From a virus (Duplodnaviria; Caudoviricetes), in IMG/VR virus record IMGVR_UViG_3300009537_000015, positions 1 through 52,600 of that record: DNA of 52,600 nt. The stretch is one strand, 5' to 3'. The notes beneath the pieces were generated by a model. That model had not been told where the DNA came from, did not search any database, and was given only the letters and a program-made list of their open reading frames with translations. Numbering within the stretch: the stretch's first letter is position 1; each line of letters begins with the position of its first letter. Below are positions 18,424 to 25,042 of the stretch, piece after piece. The position numbers and the translations under genes are program-made.

Positions 18424-19056
18424 ATGTCTGAAATAATCGCAGATGGAACTGGCAAGGGACACAAGGCCAAAGTCACAAAGGACAATAGGCAGCTCGGAGA
18501 AGTTATTTCAGAGCCCATTGCATCAGAGAGAAGCCGTTCGGGAAAGCTCTGGGGGTTGGGGACTGGGTCGATCTCTGTTAACTCGGGGATGACTTTGGGA
18601 TCTGTTTTATGGTTTAAAAACAATTATTCTGATCAGGACATTTATGTTGAAAAAATAATCTATGGCTGGAATGGTGGGACTGCGTCGAGGAACGTCACTT
18701 GTTTTAATTCGATTCACTACAATACGGACGAACCTGGGGCGAACAGAGCCTCAGCATCTCCACAAATAGAAAACATCGGGAAATCTGGCACGAGTAGCCC
18801 AGTGACAGATTCAGATGTCACGGCCTGGAAATGGGACGGGACGGGGACCCTCGGCATGACGGATACTGGCGGTGGGTTTGCACAGATCCCCAACAGGGTT
18901 GCTATTGGGGACACCGAAAAGCCGATTGATGGACAGATTATTTTAGCCCCTGGCAACAGCATGGAAATGCGGGTTATTCCAGAGGAGGATGGATTGTTCC
19001 AGGTTAGCGTAGTTTATTATACGGCAAAAGCAAATGTCGGAAGGTCGGGTGAATAA
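18424..19056 (+). CDS. putative virion protein (I.DG.G..A.VT.DNR family, copy 1)
   Basis: shared N-terminal motif with the next two genes; beta-rich. Confidence 0.65.
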   Translation: MSEIIADGTGKGHKAKVTKDNRQLGEVISEPIASERSRSGKLWGLGTGSISVNSGMTLGSVLWFKNNYSDQDIYVEKIIYGWNGGTASRNVTCFNSIHYNTDEPGANRASASPQIENIGKSGTSSPVTDSDVTAWKWDGTGTLGMTDTGGGFAQIPNRVAIGDTEKPIDGQIILAPGNSMEMRVIPEEDGLFQVSVVYYTAKANVGRSGE

Positions 19057-19607
19057 TGGGACTAATCATTGATGATGGAAAAGGAGATGGGGCATCTGCC
19101 GGGGTAACGAACGACAATCGTTTACAGGTTGAGTCGAAAAGCAATGTTCGCGGTTTTTATGTGTCCAGAGATGAGGAAAGATTGTTTAACGTCGTGTTTG
19201 AACAGTCATCCTCGGCTGCAGGCAATTATGTTGGGTACATGAAAAACACGTCTACCACAAGACGTCTAATAATTGATCTCGCTAGATTACAGGCAGATAG
19301 CGCGGCTATTTGGAAAATTTATTCAGCGACAGGGACTGCTACGGGTGGGATAACAGCAACAGCAAAAAACATGAACCTAGAAAGTGCCTTAACACCCGAA
19401 GCGACACTGTTACAATACAACGTTGGTGGGTTTGTCGCGAGCAGTGCATTAATAGCAAGTGAGCGGCACCCAGCCAACACAAGCTCCGTAGTTCCGTTTG
19501 ACGACACTCTTATACTTGGACAAAACAACGCCGTTGCGTTCCAATACAATTCAGGGGTTACTGGAAAAGCGTCTGTTACGGTCAGGTTCTATTATGAGGA
19601 CGTATGA
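19056..19607 (+). CDS. putative virion protein (copy 2)
   Basis: MGLIIDDGKGDGASAGVTNDNRL. Confidence 0.65.
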   Translation: MGLIIDDGKGDGASAGVTNDNRLQVESKSNVRGFYVSRDEERLFNVVFEQSSSAAGNYVGYMKNTSTTRRLIIDLARLQADSAAIWKIYSATGTATGGITATAKNMNLESALTPEATLLQYNVGGFVASSALIASERHPANTSSVVPFDDTLILGQNNAVAFQYNSGVTGKASVTVRFYYEDV

Positions 19608-20038
19608 GCTATCCAACTCAGATCATAGACGGGGGCGGTGAAAAAAATAAAGCAACGGTAACAAGATTGGGGCAATTGGTTGTGTCGCCCGTCTCTTATG
19701 ATGACACCGTTTTTAATGAACTTGCAGCAGCAAATACGGCTTATAATTTTTACGGACCAAAAGTAAACAAACAATTCATTATAACGGGGTTTATAGCAAA
19801 GGCGGATAAGCAGGTAAGCTCGACAGTAGATGCGGATGTCGTCATTTACGAAGCAATCGCCGCTGATACCACGGCGTCTACAAAGACGTTGTTTAGGTCG
19901 GCCATGGTGCAGGGCGACCAAGTGGAGGCCCTGCCCTTGAACATAAAGGTTTCCAATGGCGTCTACGTAAACGCAAAGACAACCGACGATGATATACACA
20001 TGACCATAATGGGATATTACATTAATAAAATAGATTAG
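19604..20038 (+). CDS. putative virion protein (copy 3)
   Basis: QIIDGGGEKNKATVTRLGQL. Confidence 0.65.
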   Translation: MSYPTQIIDGGGEKNKATVTRLGQLVVSPVSYDDTVFNELAAANTAYNFYGPKVNKQFIITGFIAKADKQVSSTVDADVVIYEAIAADTTASTKTLFRSAMVQGDQVEALPLNIKVSNGVYVNAKTTDDDIHMTIMGYYINKID

Positions 20039-20046
20039 GAGAAAAG

Positions 20047-20337
20047 ATGGCTAACAGAATTGCTGGAAACGTTTATATTCTTGACACGGCCTCAGGGAAT
20101 GTAACGATTCCTTGGCCCGGTAAAATGAAAATCGAGAGCGTCCTGTTTTGGGCGTCTACAACCGCCGGAAGACTTATACTGACTGAGGCGTCTACGGCCG
20201 ATGCGATTGTTAGCCTTGGGATGCCAGAGGTTGGTGTCGGCGGGGGAAATAACGGGCAGTACCTCGGAGGGGTTGAGGTTCAGGAACTCAAGGTTCTCAC
20301 CCTTACGGCCGGAACAGCGTGGTTGTATCTTAAATGA
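20047..20337 (+). CDS. putative small virion protein
   Basis: 96-aa beta-rich ORF, AGGAG SD. Confidence 0.6.
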   Translation: MANRIAGNVYILDTASGNVTIPWPGKMKIESVLFWASTTAGRLILTEASTADAIVSLGMPEVGVGGGNNGQYLGGVEVQELKVLTLTAGTAWLYLK

Positions 20338-20636
20338 CGATTTATGAGCACAGAACGTCTCAGACAGCTTCTTCTGGGAGCGTTTCTAGTTACACCCTGA
20401 ACGTTCCCGGCGGTCTTTTAAAGCAGGTTCTAATTAGAGCCAGAACAGACACGACCGTATTCAGATTTAATCTGACTGACAACAAAGGGATTGTTCGTTT
20501 GAATTACGGATTTCACTCTTGCGAAATCAACGACGTAAATGTTGAGTTCCCAATCGTTGGTGTTTACAGCGCCAACATAACAAATGCGAGTCCAAATGAT
20601 ACGTTTGATATTATCCTTGCCGTTCAAGAAAACTAA
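20334..20636 (+). CDS. putative virion protein, paralog of 17731-18030
   Basis: MTIYEH...TLNVPGGLL..VLIRA.TDTT.F. Confidence 0.7.
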   Translation: MTIYEHRTSQTASSGSVSSYTLNVPGGLLKQVLIRARTDTTVFRFNLTDNKGIVRLNYGFHSCEINDVNVEFPIVGVYSANITNASPNDTFDIILAVQEN

Positions 20637-21087
20637 AGAAAAGATTCTCAAAGCTCTTGAGGAGGACGTTAAGAAATCTCACTGGGAGAAATTAAAACTT
20701 CTTTGTGAACGATGTGACGCGGAACTTGTCTCTAAAAGGAAAGAATACGAGATCAAGTCTTTGGAGATGGAAAATGAAATTAATAAGAAACGGTTTGAAC
20801 AGGATTGTCGAGACCAAGAATTAGACGCTCTTAAGAAACGTGCTGAGGATAAGAGGATTGAGTTGGAGTCTGTTAACAAGGAGCTTCTTGACCAAATTAG
20901 GTTGATCGAGGCCAAGTCATCTCCCTCAGGCGTGTGGGCGCAGGCGTTTTCTATGGGCTTTTCTAAGGCTTGGGACATGATGATGCCGATCATTAACAAG
21001 GGCATCGAAAAGCGCGAAGAATCTATTTCCGAACGCGCCATCGAGGGCGTTTTGAGAGGAATGAACAATGGGCACAAATTATCGTAG
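20584..21087 (+). CDS. coiled-coil protein (start uncertain)
   Basis: E/K heptads; C-terminus paralogous to 18027-18203. Confidence 0.6.
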   Translation: MRVQMIRLILSLPFKKTKEKILKALEEDVKKSHWEKLKLLCERCDAELVSKRKEYEIKSLEMENEINKKRFEQDCRDQELDALKKRAEDKRIELESVNKELLDQIRLIEAKSSPSGVWAQAFSMGFSKAWDMMMPIINKGIEKREESISERAIEGVLRGMNNGHKLS

Positions 21088-21385
21088 GGACAATCTGTCG
21101 GCCCATTTTGCGAGCACTTTAACAACTCGCTTGATCGACATTACGACAGGTGCCGCGACCCAAGTGTGTGCGTCTACCGGGGCCGTTGGGATGCGCGTAA
21201 CGAACGTTGGGGAAACGGACATCACTTGGGGTGATTCCAGCATAGTGGCCCAAAGTGGCGGGTTATTGTTTTATGCGTCTGAGGAATGTTTTGACAATAT
21301 CCGAGATGATTTTTGTTTGTTTTTTAGGGCGCTTTCTTCAGGCACGTCAGTTGTTGGAAAAGTTGCAGTAACGGAATTCGGCTAA
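21068..21385 (+). CDS. putative small virion protein
   Basis: 105-aa beta-rich ORF, GAGGA SD. Confidence 0.6.
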   Translation: MGTNYRRDNLSAHFASTLTTRLIDITTGAATQVCASTGAVGMRVTNVGETDITWGDSSIVAQSGGLLFYASEECFDNIRDDFCLFFRALSSGTSVVGKVAVTEFG

Positions 21386-22263
21386 TGAGAAAAGATCCGT
21401 CGTTAAAGGTGTCTAATTCGGCGGGTACGTTTTCTAAACGGCCTGTTTTAGAGCTTGTTCTTTCTGGGGGAACCCTCACCGATTTGGGGCAATCGAGGGT
21501 CCTATATGAACCCCCTGCGGGGGGTGGTGCTAGTACCGCTGGGTTGATGGAGCAGTTAACGTTCCCCCTTGGAATTAATAGTGGTGGGACGGGGTTAGCG
21601 TCCGTTATATCAGCAACTAATCTTATTGGATTTAGTTCTTCTGACACAACTAAGCTTGATAGTTACAGGTTTGTCGGAAGTAACAATACTGCCATATTTA
21701 GGGTTGGAACCAGTTATGTCATTAGCACAACGACTTCCGGGGCTGCGGCGGGTGTCCAGTATGCCGCGACGGGGAATCAGTACGTTACCCTGGCTCTTGC
21801 TGGGGATTTAACTGCTGAACGAGTTTTGAGGGGGTCAACGGGTCTGACGCTTGCTGACGAGGGTGCGAATAATGATGTTCAATTGTCCGTAAACACAAAC
21901 GTTAGGGACAAACAGTTTTCTTTTTTTGGAGCTGGAAATCTAACTGGCGGGAAAGATTTTGAAACGGCCAGGGTTTATGTCCCGTTCAACATGCAGGTTT
22001 TAGATATTCGTTTGGCTCTTGGGACATCTTCGGCGGGTTCTAGTTTTGATGGAACGGTTAATATATTTGGAACTCCGAGTGGGAACGCGGTTGTTGTGGG
22101 TTCAGCCATTATTGCAGCTGGACAGTTTGTCGGAAGCAATAACACGACTTTCACAACAGGCACGATTCACGCGGGAAGTTGGCTTGGGATAGCCGTGACA
22201 AAGTCGGGATCAAGTGTTGCCGGAAGCAATTTGACGGTTAATCTCATTACGAGGACGTCTTGA
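21385..22263 (+). CDS. tail fibre/spike-like protein
   Basis: PL.INSGGTG and YVT....LTAERVL fibre motifs; Gly/Ser/Thr-rich C-terminal beta domain. Confidence 0.65.
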   Translation: MRKDPSLKVSNSAGTFSKRPVLELVLSGGTLTDLGQSRVLYEPPAGGGASTAGLMEQLTFPLGINSGGTGLASVISATNLIGFSSSDTTKLDSYRFVGSNNTAIFRVGTSYVISTTTSGAAAGVQYAATGNQYVTLALAGDLTAERVLRGSTGLTLADEGANNDVQLSVNTNVRDKQFSFFGAGNLTGGKDFETARVYVPFNMQVLDIRLALGTSSAGSSFDGTVNIFGTPSGNAVVVGSAIIAAGQFVGSNNTTFTTGTIHAGSWLGIAVTKSGSSVAGSNLTVNLITRTS

Positions 22264-22646
22264 AAAGATATTATGAATGTCCAGTTAAAAAATATGTTGT
22301 CAACGGCAAAGATATTTGGCGGGCCAAAATTACTGAGTACGGCTATTCGTATCTTGCGGAGATCCCCACTGGAGAAGATGGAAAGCCTAAATACGATTGG
22401 ACAATTATTCACGTGGAATCTGATGACTGGACGGATTTGGAAAATGACCCTGATTTTGTGTTTATTGCGGATAATCCAGGCCTAGATGATAGCGTTCGCG
22501 TTCCTAATGCGTTAAGGGGAAGGATGGCGTCTAGGGGGGTTGTGTTGAGGGGAAGGATGAAGAAACGGGATCTTGTCTCAGCGGTAGGCAAGAGATTGTC
22601 GGAAAAGTTTAATGTTGATGATTTTAAGGTGGCTCCTTGGCGCTAA
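22260..22646 (+). CDS. hypothetical tail-associated protein
   Basis: TTG start overlapping the previous stop; GAGG SD. Confidence 0.55.
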   Translation: MKRYYECPVKKYVVNGKDIWRAKITEYGYSYLAEIPTGEDGKPKYDWTIIHVESDDWTDLENDPDFVFIADNPGLDDSVRVPNALRGRMASRGVVLRGRMKKRDLVSAVGKRLSEKFNVDDFKVAPWR

Positions 22647-23254
22647 TCGCACAAGATAATTTTACAGAAGCGACTTCTGCTCTTTTAGAAAATCACACGC
22701 CCGACACAGGTACGGCTTGGGTGGTTGAAGATCCGGCGCATCCATTAACGGTTTCAAATAACCAACTGATGCAAGTTGGGAATAACCGTGACAGAAAAGC
22801 CTATGAAACGACCAATATAGGCGATGACGACATGAACGTTTCGGTCACGGCCCACGCGCAGAATGGTGGAACGGATCGAGGATCAGGGCTTCTTTTCAGG
22901 GCGAGCACTTCTGTTTTCCAGGACAATCACTATCTTCTGGAACTGGACGGAAGAAGCGACATAGTGCTTCAGAAGAACGTTGGTGGAACAACGACCGAGA
23001 TCGCTGCGGTTGCGGTTGGCACTAACTTTGGAGTTGTTGCCGTTTCTTGTAGAGCGACTAAGACTTGTTATTTCGACGGCTCAGCAATGATCATAACGAG
23101 CGACGATGTATTAACTGGGAATAACTGGGCGGGTGTTAAGGTAGAGGGTAGTGCGGAGGATAAATATGTCGATAACTTTAAGTGTGATTCTGTTGGTGGT
23201 GCTCCGGCCCCTGCGGTGATCGTTGACCAAAGTTTTATTAGCGTGGTGTTATAG
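22637..23254 (+). CDS. lectin-like beta-sandwich protein (tail-associated)
   Basis: QDNFT..LENHTPDTG..W start and GV.....VDNF end, typical of ConA-like domains. Confidence 0.55.
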   Translation: MALIAQDNFTEATSALLENHTPDTGTAWVVEDPAHPLTVSNNQLMQVGNNRDRKAYETTNIGDDDMNVSVTAHAQNGGTDRGSGLLFRASTSVFQDNHYLLELDGRSDIVLQKNVGGTTTEIAAVAVGTNFGVVAVSCRATKTCYFDGSAMIITSDDVLTGNNWAGVKVEGSAEDKYVDNFKCDSVGGAPAPAVIVDQSFISVVL

Positions 23255-23418
23255 TGGAAAAAGAAGATATTATTTTGCAGTTGTTACAGGATATTAAAGA
23301 TAGGCTTGACAAACAGAACGGAAGGATAGGTCGTCTTGAGGGTTGGCGCTCAGGTATTGTTGCTGTTGTTGGGTTCGTGACGTTTGTTTTGTTGGCTTAC
23401 ATCAATGTCCGTTTTTGA
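23254..23418 (+). CDS. small coiled-coil plus C-terminal TM protein (XhlA/holin-like)
   Basis: read by hand: MEKEDIIL...QNGRIGRLEGWRSGIVAVVGFVTFVLLAYI. Confidence 0.6.
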   Translation: MEKEDIILQLLQDIKDRLDKQNGRIGRLEGWRSGIVAVVGFVTFVLLAYINVRF

Positions 23419-23539
23419 GGAAATTTTATATCACATTGGCGCGCTGTTTAGAGAGGTGTTAACCTTAAGAACAGCGCACATTAAATGGCACGCACTTGGA
23501 ATAATGCGTGCATTAAGGAGAATAAAATGGAAACTTTAG
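23405..23539 (+). CDS. 44-aa amphipathic basic peptide
   Basis: read by hand: MSVFEEILYHIGALFREVLTLRTAHIKWHALGIMRALRRIKWKL; overlaps both neighbours. Confidence 0.4.
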   Translation: MSVFEEILYHIGALFREVLTLRTAHIKWHALGIMRALRRIKWKL

Positions 23540-23691
23540 GTAAGGTTTGGAACTTTGTTGTTAATCCACCGGCCGAGGTTGTTTCGGCGACGAGTGATTA
23601 TGTTGTTTCTATTGGTCGATGCGTTTTGGAAGCATCGGCAACTTATGGCGCTGCTGTTATTGATGTTGCGCGCGGTCTGTTGGGGGGCTAA
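23527..23691 (+). CDS. small hydrophobic protein
   Basis: METLGK start with AAGGAG SD. Confidence 0.55.
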   Translation: METLGKVWNFVVNPPAEVVSATSDYVVSIGRCVLEASATYGAAVIDVARGLLGG

Positions 23692-23889
23692 ATGAATTGG
23701 GTGATTTCAAGAGCCATTGGCAAGGCGATCAAGAATGTCGCAAAGGTTGTGATTTCGTGGGTCATGGCTCAAAACCTAAGCAGGGTGGGGGTGACGGTCG
23801 ACCCGATAGTCGCAACCCCCGCAATGGTTGGTTTTTTAGAAATGTTAAGAAACTATTTAAAAGTAAAACTTGGAGTCAAGTGGCTGTAG
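23692..23889 (+). CDS. putative holin-like membrane protein
   Basis: two hydrophobic/amphipathic segments, basic C-terminus RNYLKVKLGVKWL. Confidence 0.5.
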   Translation: MNWVISRAIGKAIKNVAKVVISWVMAQNLSRVGVTVDPIVATPAMVGFLEMLRNYLKVKLGVKWL

Positions 23890-23932
23890 TTTGGAAAAAA
23901 GACTTTAAGGGTATAAAGATAAGGATTCCCTG

Positions 23933-25042
23933 GTGAGCAAGAATATATCGGAGATACCGTATACGGAACTTCAGGAAAGGGTCAAGTCTTTGGCCAGGGT
24001 TCCTGAAAATTCCAAGGAAAAGATCAGAGGCGTTATTCAAGACGTTTACCTGAGGGAAATTCCGTCTAAATTTGATTGGGATTTTCTTTGGGCAAGTTCG
24101 TCCCTGACTTCTGTAGCCGCACACAATTTGGGAACAGTCTCTATCAATACTGGGACGACAGCGCTTTCGTTCTCAAACGATGCCGCGCTAACGGCTCAAA
24201 TGACTGGTAGAAAGATTTCAATATCGGGGAATCCCGTTGTCTATGATTTCACACAAACCACTGGTTCTGACGGAACGCTAAAGCCGTCATTCGAGGGGGC
24301 GACAAACGCCACAAATGCTAGTTATAAGATTTATCAACCAAAATATCCTCTTTCCAAGGATTTTGATCGGTTCCCTAAGGGTGGTGGACTGTACAGGTGG
24401 GAGGGTCAGCAAAAGCGGGCAATCCCCGAAGAACCTTATCAGGAAGGAATCGAGAATTTCCAAGGCTCTCCTAGCCCGACTCAAGAGAAGGTTCGGGTCG
24501 TAGAACCAAACACCGCAGGGGTTCCGCAAATCGAGTTTAGACCGGCCCCGAGCCAGGCTAGGAATTATGGGTATGACTATTTAAGGCAGGTAGCTCCGTT
24601 AACTGAGACCTCTGCGGGAGTGGCCACCATAGCCGCAAATGGTACTGCGGTGACGGGGAATGCTTCCTGCCGTTTTACGGACGCGACTACGGGAGACTTT
24701 TTCCGTATTAGCGACTTTGGGAAGGGTCAGGATTCCAGCTGGTACAGAATCTTAGCGATTCAGCATGACTCGTCTTTGACTTTAGCGACAGCTTTTGAAA
24801 ATAGTGGGGCAACGAACGCGAATTATTGTATTTCCAAAGCTCCCGAGTTTCCAAACAGGCTTCATCCAGGGGTGTTGTATGGCGCTATTCGGGCTCTGAC
24901 TTTAGACCAAACAGATCAAAGCTTTTCCATTTATCAGATTAAGTTGGCTGAAGTTATGAGTGACGCAAAGAGAATTCACGTTTCTCGCGTTTATTCACAG
25001 AAGATCCCGACAATTGCAGAAGATTACTTGTACAGAAGATAA
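23933..25042 (+). CDS. head-tail adaptor / tail tubular protein A-like, with two inserted beta domains
   Basis: N-terminal Y.ELQ.RV helix, WDFL, Y.L..DF, P.P and FP..LH..LYGA motifs; precedes the nozzle gene. Confidence 0.7.
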   Translation: MSKNISEIPYTELQERVKSLARVPENSKEKIRGVIQDVYLREIPSKFDWDFLWASSSLTSVAAHNLGTVSINTGTTALSFSNDAALTAQMTGRKISISGNPVVYDFTQTTGSDGTLKPSFEGATNATNASYKIYQPKYPLSKDFDRFPKGGGLYRWEGQQKRAIPEEPYQEGIENFQGSPSPTQEKVRVVEPNTAGVPQIEFRPAPSQARNYGYDYLRQVAPLTETSAGVATIAANGTAVTGNASCRFTDATTGDFFRISDFGKGQDSSWYRILAIQHDSSLTLATAFENSGATNANYCISKAPEFPNRLHPGVLYGAIRALTLDQTDQSFSIYQIKLAEVMSDAKRIHVSRVYSQKIPTIAEDYLYRR

